Assembly: GCF_964213995.1 (NCBI RefSeq)
Contig: NC_135805.1
Location: 36,766,001 to 36,830,000, forward strand
Length of the DNA stretch: 64,000 nt
Origin: Mustelus asterias
Taxonomy: Eukaryota
Direction of reading: 5' to 3'
Shown here: positions 49,761-62,984 of the stretch, in pieces
Position numbering within the stretch: position 1 is the first letter of the stretch
Layout: each line of letters begins with the position of its first letter
The notes under the pieces: model-generated
Databases searched by the model: none
Seen by the model: only the letters and a program-made list of their open reading frames with translations
What the model was told of the DNA's origin: nothing
Made by a program: the position numbers and the translations under genes

Positions 49761-51130
49761 GTTCCAGTTCATTCCTTCCCTCTTTTCTCTTTACACTGAC
49801 ATTTAACCAATCTATATCAGGATAATGGAATGACATCTTTGGAGTTCTTACAACTTTCTGAAATTTGCCTCCAAATTTGGTCATCTATTTCTTTCCCATT
49901 GGCAGCGCAATGAAGTGGAAACACAAGAACAGAATAAAAACAGCACAAGAAAAATGTTCAGAAATACTACCAATACTGCTTAAATGTGCTTCTATATGAT
50001 GGAGCTTTTGGAAAATATTTCTATAAACAGCTTTCTAGCAAACCTGCATACAGCATGATATCAGTGTTTCTGCTGGTAAATTGCATGCACATCTGAATGG
50101 TACCATCAGTGGTTAAATTCAGCACCATTAACAGCAACCCAATAGATGAATGAGACATCAATAGAAAATCCACCCTGAAAATTGGATGCTAAATAGATGC
50201 TAACCAAGTGTAATTAAATTCTCCCCATTTGTCCAATAAATTCTGCCCATTTCATTGGGTATAACTAAGTGAGAAGTCCACTGTTTTCTCATGATGGTAG
50301 ATAGGATGAATTGCATGGGAACAAATACATAACCATCAAAATGATGGATACATTTTGGATTCATTCTTAATTTGCATTATTTCTAAGCAGGGACAATTCA
50401 GATGAAGATGTCTGTATTTAACACCCCCAGAGGAAATTCCGACAGAAACTGAAGCATTGATTCATTGTAAATCTTTCTCTATTCCACTTCTCTTTTGTGT
50501 GAACCATTAGCTGAAATAATGGCAGTTATACAATCAACTGTATGTGGAGTATTGTTATGTCTTTTCAATAGCCCAGGATGATTCCTGATTGTCAGCGTTG
50601 TTGTAAAATTGTGAACATGTTTTTACAGCTCTGTTTCTCCTATCCCTCGGCCCTTTCTGTCCATCTACTGTATGATAATAACATTGCGTAAAGGACAAGT
50701 TGCTAGTTATGTATTAGAGCAGATGGAGGGAGCATTGAACTCTCCTGTCAACCATAGAATCCCCAGAGAGGTATTCGGTGCCCAATTAGCAGCACCAGGA
50801 GAAGGCTGGAACTGGGACTTAGTTATGGAGGGTGATTTTAAAAGGCAGCCTTTACTGGGTTTGCTGTTGTCTAGATGTATGGAGTGTAGTATAAAGGGTT
50901 AACAGAAGAGCTATGTAAATGTATGAAATAGATGATGATTGACCACTAATATCAGTCAGTCATGTGTTTGACTGAAGAGAGAGAGTGGTGGAGGGGGCGA
51001 GGTTTAATTATGCCTAGGAGCAACATGTCTATGCTGTCACATGTCATAGAGTTGTATATTACAGAAGAGGCCCTTCAAGTAAGGGGAGCAATTGCTTCCT
51101 ATCTACCCTTCCATTCTCCTCATAACCTTT

Positions 51131-51461
51131 TGGGGTGGCACGGTGGCACAGTGCTTAGCACTGCTGCCTCACCGCGCCAGGGACCTGGGTTCAATTCCCG
51201 GCTTGGGGTCATTGTCTGTGTGGAGTTTGCACGTTCTCCCCTTGTCTGTGTGGATTTCCTCCGGGTGCTCCGGTTTCCTCCCACAGACCAAAGATGTGCA
51301 GGTTGGGTGGATTGGCCGTGTTAAATTGCCCCTTCGTGTCAGGGGGACTGGCTAGAGTAAATGCATGGGGTTATGGGGATAGGGCCAGGTGGGATTGCGG
51401 TCGGTGCAGGCTCGATGGGTCAAATGGCCTCCTTCTGCACTGTAGGGATTCTATGATTCTA
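51131..51461 (+). mobile_element. HE1 V-SINE
   Basis: Full length with gattctatgattcta tail. Confidence 0.92.
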
Positions 51462-52228
51462 TATACCTTAATCAGATCCCCCCCTCCTCCTGCTCCCCCC
51501 CCCACCCCCACCCCCTCCGCCTTCCCCCCACCCCCACCCCCGCCTCTCCCCCACCCTCCTCAGCCTTCTCTGCTCTAAAAAAAACACCCTGAGCCTATTA
51601 GGCCTCTCTTGATCGCTCAAATGTGCCAACCCAGTCACCATCCTAGTGAATCTCCTCTGCACCCTTTCCAGTGCAGGCGACCAGAACTGCACGCAGTACT
51701 CCAGTTGTGGTCTACCTAAAATTTTGTACAACTCCAACATAACCTTCCTGCTTTTATAATCTATGCCATGACTGAAAAAGGCAGGTGTCCTGTACGCCTT
51801 CATAACTATCCCATTAACATGTCCTGCCACCTTCAGGGACCTGTGGACAAGTATCCCCAGATCCCTTTCTCTGAGCTTCCTAGTGTTCTGCAACTCTTTG
51901 CGTGTTCCCTTATCTTGTTACTCCTCCCAAAGTGCATCACCTTCCATGTTTCAGGGTTAAATTCTATCTGCCACTGATCTGCCCATCTGACCAATCCATC
52001 GCTATCTTCCTGAAACCTGAGGCCTTCTTTCTCACTATTAACCACCCTGCCAATCTTCTTGTCATTCGCAAGTGTATTTATCATCTCCCTCACATTCTCA
52101 TCTATATTGTTCATATATATTATGAACGATAAGGGAACTAGCACTGATCCCTGCAATAAGCCACTGGACACCGGCTGCCAGTCACACATACAGCCTTTTA
52201 CCACCACCGTCTGCCTCCTACCACTAAG
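51462..52228 (-). mobile_element. CR1 LINE RT fragment
   Basis: SGLLQGSVL, LYKILGRPQLEYCVQFW. Confidence 0.88.
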
Positions 52229-52259
52229 CTTTGAGGACACTGGTTTGAATCCCACCATG

Positions 52260-52487
52260 GTCACATGTATTGGTATGCAGTAAAAAGTATTGTTTCTTAC
52301 TCGCTATACAGACAAAGCATACCGTTCATCGAGTACATGGGGAGAAGGAAAGGAGAGGATGTAGAATGTAGTGTTACAGTCACAGCTAGGATGTAGAGAA
52401 AGATCAAATTGTGAGAGATTAAGATCAAGGTAAGTCCATTTAAAAGTCTAATGGCAGCAGGGAAGAAGCTGTTCTTGAGTCGGTTGA
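52260..52487 (-). mobile_element. Rex1 3' tail fragment
   Basis: gtcacatgtatt..aaaagtattg..gggaagaagctgttcttgagtcggttg. Confidence 0.85.
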
Positions 52488-52753
52488 GCTATGGCAGAAC
52501 CTTTAGCAATTCTGAGGCTTCAGAATTCTGTATAGCAATCTTGTCTCCAAGTTAACTGTCGACACGAAATGTATCTGATTACGTAAAATTAGACTGCCTT
52601 GTCTCCATTCTTCCTGCTCTCCAGAATGTGGCAACCTCGTACAGAGGGAAGTGAGGCTCTCTTATCACTGCCTCCAGAAAGTGGATGGTCATCCCAAAAT
52701 ATTATTGGGAAATTATTCCTTCTTCTTTTCTTAACATACTTAATGAAAGTTGG

Positions 52754-53450
52754 TGTTATAGGGCTATATTAGGGATTGTGTCTTTTATATTTTAATTTAT
52801 ATGTCCGTTTATATTTTATTTAATTTCAGTGCAATACATGCAGGGGCACATAGAATAAGCCCAGAGACCCAGGCCTCACCAGAGGGAAGGAAAGGGTTAA
52901 CTCAGACAGCTAGAGGCCTGCTCTGCCGACAGATAATGATTAATGCATGCTTTCAACTTCCGAATTATCACGACAATGGGAGAACCGGCATTAAGACAGC
53001 CAGGCTCCATATAGTCTAGGAAGGATATCGTCTTCTGTAAAATATGATCACCTAGCAGAGGGGGTGGGTGGGGGGGGGGGGGTGGGGGGGGGAAACAATT
53101 AACACACCAATGCAAATCGGTTGAGCAAATACAATGCTTTGACATTGTAATCAAGTAAAGGGAACTGCCCAAAGAACCGATTAACAAAGTTGTACTGAAT
53201 CATGCAGTCTGCATAATGAGATTAGAAGAACCATCTTGTAACCAACTCAGGAATTCATATGCTAATGTAAACCTTTATGACTCGAAAAAGTGTAATAACC
53301 TGTACCAATTGAATAGAGGCAGAGAAGGGCTCGCAGGCAACCTGAGATTTCAGGCCAGAGTCCAGCTCTCCCTCATGCATGTGGAATAAAAACTTTTCTT
53401 GAAGTTCGACACGGTCTCCAAGGCTTGACTCATTTTATTTCCTTCCTACA
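52754..53450 (+). mobile_element. Solo LTR, 697 bp (second family)
   Basis: TGTTA..CTACA; 5-bp TSD gttgg at 52749-52753 and 53451-53455; AATAAA about 60 nt before the 3' end. Confidence 0.8.
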
Positions 53451-53939
53451 GTTGGTCTTTTCTCTTTTGTCATTTATGTTCACTGAAATCTCAGATCATC
53501 TTTGCTTTTTCAGTCATCGATACACAGTGGATGATGGAGCTGTGACAGTTTTCTCTGGTGTTGAAGATCGTTCCTCTTCCAGAGCTCTTTCCCAGTATGT
53601 TTTGAGGGAACAACAAGATCTTCAGAGTGTCCTGAACTCATCTCCTCTATACTCAGAGAGTCCAAAGGTCAATGCTCTTCAGTCTTCTCTTTTGGATCAG
53701 TCTTTCATTGAAAAGTCTTCGTTGTCCTTGCTGTTCACGCATTCTGCAATCTATACTCTGCTCCCTAGTAATGCTTCCATTCTGCTGATGATGATATACT
53801 CCCAGATGGTGAAGAATGCCTTCATGTCTCCAAAACATCTTCCCTAAGTCCCATCATTCTATCTTAAGTTTTCAGAGCAAATTAACATTTGCGTCACTGA
53901 GAAGATGTCTATCTCAGACCTAAATAGCCTCTTGACTTG

Positions 53940-55290
53940 AAATACCCTGTTTATTCCTACTCTCTGCTTCCAATCTTCTATCCATGCTAATGATATATCA
54001 CTTTCAACTCTGTGGGCCCTTTAATTTAATCTTTTTGTAGCACTTGAGTCAATACCCTTTGAGAATCCAAATATGCCATGTCTATTGGTTTCCCCTTTAC
54101 CCAGCTAGATTTATACCTTAAAAAAAAATTCCAATAACTTTGTTTAATGCAAGTTCCCTTCTGTGAAATTATGTTAACCCACTCTGATTTCCTAAGTGCA
54201 TTGTTTGATTTTCCAAATAATAAATCCTGGCTTCTTCCTGATGTCAGGCTAACTGGCCTGTACCTCCTTATTTTTCCCTCATTTCTTGAATCGCAGTGTT
54301 ACATTTCTAATCTATTGGAATTGTTCTAGGTCTCTTGAAACAAAAGATTTTTTGGAAAACCATAACCACTGTATCTCTGCAGCAACTTTCTAATTCTTCT
54401 TCAAAAGTACTTTCGAGATTCTATTCCAAAGGATTTGATAAATGGACATTTGGATGATAATGATCTGGTTGGGCATCTGATTTATGAATGGGAAATCTTG
54501 TTTGATGAACCTGTTGGAGACTTTTGTCGATGTTACGAATGGAATTGATAAAGGGAATTTGGTGGATGTAGTACACTTAGATTTTTCAGAAGACTTTTGA
54601 TAATGTCCCCCACAGGAGGTTAATTCGGATAGTTAAAGTACAGGAGATAGGAGATAATAAATGGACATTGGCTAACAGGCAGAAAACAGAGAGTAGGAAT
54701 AAACAGATCTTCTTATGTTGTCAAGCTATGACTAGTTGAGTACTATAGGGGTCAGTACTTGAACCTTACCTGTTAACAAAATATATCAATGACTTGTATG
54801 TGGGGACCAAGTGTAATAGCTGAGATGTTTTGGTCCTACCCACCCCAAGACTGTCAAATTTTCCATCTTACCATGACAATTCCTGCTGTGTGTGGGACCA
54901 GATGATGTACCTAAATATTTCTAAGTTCACGGATGGTTCAAGGCTCAGTGGAAATGTTCATTGTGAGGAAGATGCAAAGCAGTTTCAAGAGAATTTTGAC
55001 AGACTTGGGGCAAGGACATGGCAGAGGAAATATAATGTGGAAAAATGTGAAGTTATCCTGTGTTGGGAGAACATATATGCAGAAAATTTCTTAAATGATA
55101 AGAGATTAGAAAGCACAACGGGACCTGGGTTTCCTTGTCAATAAGTCACTGAAAGCTAACATACAGGTTCAGCAAACTATTAGCAAGAGGAAGGGTGTGT
55201 TAGCCTTTATCACAAGAGGATTTGAGTACAGGAGTAGTGAAGTCTTGCTCCAAGAGTATAGAACCTTGGTTAGACCTCACCTGGAGTACA
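53940..55290. mobile_element. Old CR1 remnants (53940-54390 minus; 54420-55290 plus)
   Basis: ISKFTDG, KYNVEKCEVI, YRTLVRPHLEY. Confidence 0.7.
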
Positions 55291-55420
55291 CACGATCTTG
55301 ACTAGGAAATAAATCACCGTCCCTTAATCATTGATGGATCGTAATCTTAGAACTCCCTCCCAAAATCACCGTGGATGTAACTACACCAATTAGATTGCAT
55401 TGGTTCAAGAAGGCTCACAA

Positions 55421-55926
55421 AAAACAAAGAACAAAGAATTGTACAGTACAGGAACAGGCTCTTTGGCCCTCCAAGGCTGCACCGATCATGATGCCTACCT
55501 AAACAAAAACCGTATGCACTTACGGAGTCTATATTCTTTCATTCCAATCCTCTTCATGTATATGTCTAGATGCCCCTTAAATGCTGCTATCGTACCTGCT
55601 CCCACCACCTCCCTGGGCAGCGCGTTCCAGACATTCACCACCCTCTGTGTAAAAAACTTGCCTTGCACATTTTCTCTAAACTTTTCCCCATGCCTGTTAA
55701 ACTTATGTCCCCTAATACTTGACTCCTAGGAAAGAACATCTAACTATCCACTCTGTCCATAATCTTGTAAACCTCTATCAGGTCACCCCTCTACCTTCAT
55801 CGTTCCAGTGAGAACAAACTGAGTTTATCCAACCTCTCCTCATAGCTAATACCCTCCAGACCAGGCAACATCCTGGTAAATCTCTTCTATCCCCTCTCCT
55901 AAGCATCCACATCCTTCTGGTAGAGT

Positions 55927-55958
<32 letters not shown>

Positions 55959-56205
55959 AGGCCTAACTAAGGTTCTGTACAGTTGCAGCATGACCTGCCA
56001 ATGTTTATACTCAAAGCCCCGACCGATGGAGGCAAGCATGCTATATGCCTTTTTGACTACCTTATCCACCTGCATTGTCATTTTCAGTGATTGGTAGATG
56101 TGTATGGCCAGATCCCTCTGCCTGTCAATACTCCTAAGGGTTCTACCATTTACTGTATAATTCCTACATGCATGGGACCTTCCAAAATGCATTACCTCAC
56201 ATTTG
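55421..56205 (-). mobile_element. CR1 LINE 3' fragment
   Basis: KCEVMHFG..LYRTLVRPHLEYCVQFW. Confidence 0.9.
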
Positions 56206-57697
56206 CAAGTGCTATCAGGATTGGGAAATAAAAATCTTTGCTTCACCAGTGACCTCCAAAACCCATGTATGAACAAAAAATAGTAAAGGAAAGGATGATT
56301 GCCATCAATAGAACTATCCCTCATCAGCTCTGCAATTCTCACCATGAAACCAGGCACCCCCTCCTCACTCTGAGACCTACATTTGTAGTCATTGGCTCGT
56401 CCTGCTTAAATTTAGTGGGGCTGAAAGTTTGAGACAGAGCTTTTAGCTGTTACATTGATGCTTCCTAAATCAAAATCCCAGTGCCTTAAAATATTTGATA
56501 AAGATTGAACTATAAATGCGGCCCAGAACGCTCTGTGATATTCACTTAAGTGGTCTGCTAACACAAAATCCTTATGCTAAGGATCACAATGTCCATTGTA
56601 AATGGATGGCTTTCTGCATCTGTGCTCATCAGTTTGCAATTATCTGTCCACTTACTTCAGTGCACTGATAATCACGGACTGCATGTGCTGAACCTCAGTC
56701 GAAATCTCCGCACTGTGGTTCCATCTGTCTCATGGCCATCTATTGCAATGTTATACGGGTCTCATTTTATGCCTCATTTGTGCAGACTTGGACAACTTGG
56801 TCTGCATTGGGAATTCATTTAGAATTTGCTCATTTGGAAATGAATTCTTTAAGTCAGTTTCAAGAAGTCCCCCTTCACTTTCTCGACCGAGTTACAGTTC
56901 TATGTACAATATATAGTGATACCATTTCTTGCTCCATTACACTTCGAGCGAATTGGTTTTTGCAACATGACAATGAACAGCCTGAAGTAATGGCATTGTC
57001 ACATGGCCTACCATGCATGCTCTCCTGCCTTGCAGCAGCGTACGAGTCAGAACACCAAAAGTACTTAACTCCTGGAAGCGGCTTGGCTTGTGCAGGCGGT
57101 GAGATGAAACCTTCTTTAAACATCATGCTGGAGCGCAGAGGTTTTAATATTATATTTACAATGCTATTGCATGCCTCTCCCTCTGCTTTGACAGTGTGTA
57201 AAGAATGAAACATAGCCAAAGTCTGTTTTAGAGCGTTGTTAAAGATGTCACACTGCACACTGACATGGTGAGAAGTAAGTAAAGGCATTCTATGCAAATC
57301 ATAAATCATCTCGACAGGGCAACAGCAAAGAACACCACAGGCAGTTTTAAAAGAAACATAAATATTCATTGAAGAAACTAATGTTATTTGGCTTCATAAT
57401 TCAAAAAAAAATATTTACAGGGATTGCCATCCAGGCAGGTAATTGGAGATGCTCCTTGAAGCTATAGTTAACCGTAGTTGTATTTTGTTCAACATCATTA
57501 TAAGGCTCAGTGACAGTAGCTACAGATGGATAACTGTTTAAGATGGGCTGGGATCCTTTGTAGAATATTGTCTTTGGATAATAAAATACAATTGGGTTGT
57601 TTTCTTGTATAAATTCATCTTGTTACCTTAAACAACAGTGTATGCACATGCAGGTAATTGTAGCAATGCAAATAGCAGGGCTTTATTGAGACACGAT

Positions 57698-57868
57698 CCA
57701 AAGATATGCGGGTTAGGTTGATTGGCCATGATATATTGCCCCGTGGTGTCAGGAGGATTAGAAGGATAAATATGTGGGGTTAGGTGAATAGGGCCGGGGT
57801 GGGATTGTGGTCAGTGCAGACTCAATGGACCAAATGGCCTCATTCTGTACCATAGGGATCCTTTGGAT
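57698..57868 (+). mobile_element. 5'-truncated HE1 SINE
   Basis: tccaaagat..ggttaggttgattggccatg through the HER1 tail. Confidence 0.8.
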
Positions 57869-58114
57869 TTCCATTTGTACCCCACTATCCAGTGATTCAC
57901 TCAGACGTGTAGACCACTTTTACCTGTGTTCACCACATAGCATGCATACCATCAATAAATTCTAATGCAGCTAAGATACGTACAGTAATAGCAGAACAAC
58001 AGACATGGACCCTGCAAAAATGCACTCATGCTCAATCATTTCCAATTATCTTGTTGCAATGGTTATTTTGCCATACAAACTTAATTTCATTTCCCATAAA
58101 CATAAGATGGGGTA

Positions 58115-58456
58115 TGGCCGAGTGGTATTATCGCTAGACTGTTAATCCAGAAACTCAGTTAATGTTCTGGGGGCCTGGGTTCAAATCCCATCACAGCAGC
58201 TGGTGGAATTTGAATTCAATAAAAATATTTGGAATTAAGAATCTACTGAAGACTATGGTCATCGTCATAAAAACCCATCTGGTTCACTAATGTCTTTCAG
58301 GGAAAGAAATTTATTATCCTTACCAGTCTGGCCTACATGTAACTCCAGAGCCACAGCAATGTGTTTGATTCTGAACTGCCCTTAAGCAACTAGGGATGGG
58401 AAATAAATACTAGCCAGCCGGCGACGCCCATGTCCCATGAATGAATAAACAAAAAC
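58115..58456 (+). mobile_element. SINE S2, full length
   Basis: Same structure as 29754-30113. Confidence 0.85.
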
Positions 58457-58798
58457 ATCCTTCCTAAAGTGCGACGCTAAGAATTTGAAGATTTTTAACA
58501 TGGATGATAATCACTGACAAAGGATGGTTCTGTCAATATGTAAAGTCACATTCTGTCCAAAACTGAAATCCACAAAACATACTCTTAAATTCTGAACGCA
58601 CTTCTACTTTTCACATAGTATAAAAGCATCAAGCATGCTCAGGTAAGACACAACAGGGGCTAAGTGTAATTGAAAGCTGCCTCTGGACCATTGAGTGCTG
58701 ATAGTAGGAAGCACATTCACCCGTGGGTTAGAATGTTGTGTATAAAACTCACAGTGAGACTTGAGTACATAATTTTGTCAAGTTCAGTACAGAGAGAG

Positions 58799-59767
58799 TA
58801 GAAACATAGAAACATAGAAAAACTACAGCACAAAACAGGCCATTCGGCCCCACAAGTTGTGCCGAACATATCCCTACCTTTTAGGCCTACCTATAACCCT
58901 CCATCCTATTAAGTCCCATGTACTCATCCAGGAGTCTCTTAAAAGACCCTATTGAGTTTGCTTCCACCACCACTGACAGCAGCCGATTCCAATCGCCCAC
59001 CACCCTCTGTGTGAAAAAACTTCCCCCTAACATTTCCCCTGTACCTACCCCCCAGCACCTTAAACCTGTGTCCTCTCGTAGCAGCCATTTCCACCCTGGG
59101 AAAAAGCCTCTGAGAGTCCACCCGATCTATGCCTCTCAACATCTTATATACCTCTATTAGGTCTCCTCTCATCCTACATCTCTCCAAGGAGAAAAGACCG
59201 AGCTCCCTCATTCTATCCTCAATCCAGGCAACATCCTTGTAAATCTCCTCTGCACCCTTTCAATCTTTTCCACATCCTTCCTGTAATGAGGCGATCAGAA
59301 CTGAGCACAGTACCCCAAGTGGAGTCTGACGAGGGTCTTATATAGCTGCATCATTATCCCCGGACTCCTAAACTCAATCCCTCGATTGATAAAGGCCAGC
59401 ACACCATACGCCTTCTTAACCACCTCCTCCACCTGCGGAACCAATTTTAGAGTCCTATGGACCCAGACCCCAAGGTCCTTCTGATCCTCTACAGGACTAA
59501 GAGTCTTTCCCTTTATATTGTACTCCTTCATCCCATTTGACCTACCAAAATGGACCACTACGCATTTATCTGGGTTGAAGTCCATCTGCCACTTCTCTGC
59601 CCAGTCTTGCATCCTATCTATGTCCCTCTGTAACTTCTGACATTCCTCCAGACTATCCACAACCCCACTAACCTTTGTGTCATCGGCAAATTTACCAACC
59701 CATCCCTCCACTTCCTCATCTAGGTCATTTATGAAAATGACAAACAGCAAGGGTCCCAGAACAGAAC
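58799..59767 (-). mobile_element. Young CR1 LINE 3' fragment
   Basis: LFVIFINDLD..KFADDTK; 3' end near-identical to 49566-49761; agagtagaa at both flanks. Confidence 0.92.
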
Positions 59768-59909
59768 AGAGTAGAAGATATCAAACAAGACATGACAACG
59801 GATTCCTGCTCCACTGATTCGTGAGTGTTTTAAGACCAGGGTGAAATTTTGCTATTGGGAAAATATTCCTCCTTCAACTAACATCACCAAAGCCAATAAT
59901 CACGGGTTC

Positions 59910-60140
59910 ATAAAAGCAAAATACTGCGGATGCTGGAATCTGAAACAAAAACAGAAAATGCTGGAAATTCTCAGCAGGTCAGACAGCATCTGTGGGGAGA
60001 GAATAGAGCCAATGTTTCGAGTCTGGATGACCCTTTGTCAGAGCTGAGAGCAAAGAGAATCAGCAGAGATTTATACTATGAGGATGAGGGGAGAGGTGGA
60101 ATGGAACAAAAGGAATGTAAATGAGGATACGGAAGGCTGA
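59910..60140 (-). mobile_element. Penelope-like family B 3' end with mutated hammerhead
   Basis: Minus strand: agctCTGACAAagggtcatccagactcGAAAcattggct plus family tail. Confidence 0.82.
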
Positions 60141-61725
60141 GAAGGTGCTAAAAGTGTGCAGATCTCAAGAATTATTTGGAGATTAAAATGATAAACTTCT
60201 AATAATCTAAGAGTGGCCTTACTCAGTGATACTGAAAATAACCTTTCATTTGTGAAACCTATTCAAGTGATCAATCTGCAATAAAAGCAAACAAACATCT
60301 AATCAATAACTAGATAAAAGACAGCTAATTCTTTAATGTCCTCTTAAAACTGTCAATCAAAGTATGAATACACCCCCACCTCCATTGCAATGATAAGTGG
60401 TTTTGAAGTTTTTGAAACTCAGCCAAGCATATGTACTATGATCAGCTCTAATAATATTCATTGAGAAATGTTAACAATGCAGTCCACTGAGACAGCAGAA
60501 AAATATATTCATGTGTTCATCTAAACTACACCGGATGGCCTATCAATCAATACACTCCAGCAGTGTGCATTTTTTAATCTAACTTATATATTTAAGTGGC
60601 TGTATAATTGCTTTAATAGCTTGTCACATGATTTGATGGTGATGTGGTTAAGGTGTTTTAGTTTCAGTTTTCTGTTCTGTGCCGAGAACATCTCTTTCAA
60701 TAAACCTGTTGCGTTATTTGAATCTACATGTGCAAACCATGTATTTTTCTTTTTGTTTAAAACCCACAACACAACCCCTAACAGAGTTAGAAAATTACAA
60801 AAAGCAAATTGGTGATGAGTCAAAAATATCGAGAAAAGATCCTATGTAGAAGGGGGAAAAAAGACATTTTGAGTCCTCAGGCATCAAATATTAGAAGGTT
60901 GGGGAGAAGCAACAATAGAGTTAAAGATAGAAGTACCAGTGAAGGAGGCTAAGTAAGAAAAATGAAGATAGGAACTCTCTATGTGGTTTGATGTGCATCC
61001 CATCATCATTGGATAGATTCAAACTCAGATCCCAGAAATGAATGCATAACTGAATGTCTTTGACATCAGTTAGATTGCTGAGGTTTTTTTAAAGCAATTT
61101 CAGTTTGTAATTTCACTATCAAAATCCAGACGACATCTGGAGAAGATATTAACGTATGATAAAAAAGGGTAAGTTTTGAGAAAGTCAGCAAAATCAGTTT
61201 TGTTTTAATTTTGTGCATCACTTAAAGATAAGATAAGATGAACAACAGTGCACAATTTTCTTACATAGTTCAAAGACATTGCTTTCATCTACCTCAATAG
61301 CAGTTTCAAAAGGAATATAATGTAAACTTCTATGATTACTAAATACCATCAAGGTATTCTAAATGCTGTCTACGGATTGCACTCTGCGAATATGAACATA
61401 CAAGTATACAAATTAGGATTGGGAATAGGCCATTCAGCCCCTTGAATCTTCTCTGCCATCCAGTAAGCTCATAGCTGATCTGAATGTGTTCTCAACACCA
61501 CATTATACCTAACCCTGATAACCTTTGGCTCCTGTGTTAGTTGATTTCAAAGCGATAGGCTTAGCGTAGAGCCTAGTGTAATGAAGCTACAATACTTGTA
61601 TAATTCAACTGATTTTTAATTAGCTAAATCTAACACAACTTTGTAGTGTGTCCATTTTGTTGCTAATATTGTTGTAACTGTTATCAATTAGTTCTTCCAT
61701 GGTATATTAGACTTCCGTATATTGA

Positions 61726-62835
61726 GGCCATTTTCCCCCAAAATGTGAAGCGTCAAATTCAGGTAAAAACTGGAGTAAATCACGCTGTTTTTTTTCAATT
61801 GGAGTTTCAAAATGAATCTCCCACACTCTGTGCACTGCAGAGTGTACGAACGTGATTCACTCCAGAAATCAGGGGGCAGGGTCTATTCCCGCTGGAGAGG
61901 CCGGCAGCATCGCGCTGAGCGAGCCACTGTGCATGCACCGATCTGTCAGCACCAAGATCGGCATATGCGCAGTGGCCCCTGTCTGCCGGCCTGCCGATTG
62001 CCGGCCAGCTTGATCGCTGGCACAGCCCCGCGATCCCTGCATTGCTGCCCGTGTGACCCTCTCCCAATCGCTGGCCCCCCGAACATGTCCAAGCCAGCCT
62101 TGACCCCCAACCCTCCCCACTCCCGCTCTCCCGATTCCCCCTCCGATCCCCTCTTTCTGCAGTCCCGACCCCCTCCCCACAGTCCCAATCACTCCCCTGC
62201 AGCCCCGATCTCCGAAACAGGCTGCTCCCCAACCCGATGGCCAGCCCTGATCACTGGCCTCCCCCCCTCGCTCTGGCAGCCAGACCACCCATTCTCACTG
62301 ATTGCCCTCCAGAGGCCCCGCCACCATCAGGTCCCGCCCCCATTATACCCCACCCCCTTGACACTGCTCTATGCCTGGTGGGCAGTGTCAAGGTGCCCCC
62401 TGGGTGATGGCACTTTGCCCCTTGGGCACTGCCAGGGGGCCCAGGCTGGAACTGCCAGGCTGGCAATGCCCAGGGGACACCTCCCCCAGTGCCTGACCCC
62501 TTGGCCCCCTTTCACTCCAGTAGGGTTAGGCCGCCAGCTCCCTGCAAGTGGGGAGCTATACTAAACCCTGCTGGAGTTAAATACTTCTGGCAGAGGGCGG
62601 GGGGTGCGGGGAGAGGCTAGCAGGCCCTGAAACATCAGTCCCAGGCCCGCTAATGAGATCAAATCACATTAAAATTCTAATTTGAATACATTATGCAGCT
62701 CGGTGCCAATTTCTAGCGCGGAGCTGACGGTGTCGGGAATCTGGCACTGGGAGATGCGCGGAGGCCGTGGTGCCCAGAGGGGGGCCTGCAAAACGGCCTC
62801 CACAGAGTCTCCTGGCCCACTGCGCTACAAAAGCT
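61726..62835. mobile_element. GC-rich Harbinger-like non-autonomous element, right end truncated
   Basis: Colinear with 20466-21664 (cccacactctg..cgtgattcactc..gggcagtg..ggtgcccagaggggg). Confidence 0.7.
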
Positions 62836-62984
62836 CCTCCATTGTCTCATTGTTCCATAACATGAGAGTTGTAATCAACGTATATCTTAATACACTTTAT
62901 CATTTGTTTCTTCTGCTGCCTTCATTATAAACTACTAAAGTTGTGCATTCAGGCGAGTGCTTTGGATGTGCTATATGTCAGGTA

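Noticed and set aside
53425-53847. Coding exon or retroviral internal region next to the LTR
   Set aside because: The LTR is closed by its TSD, no PBS follows, and the peptide has no recognisable motif
61812-62564. 250-aa proline-rich gene or CpG-island promoter
   Set aside because: Lies in a GC-rich repeat colinear with 20466-21664; long ORFs in several frames reflect base composition
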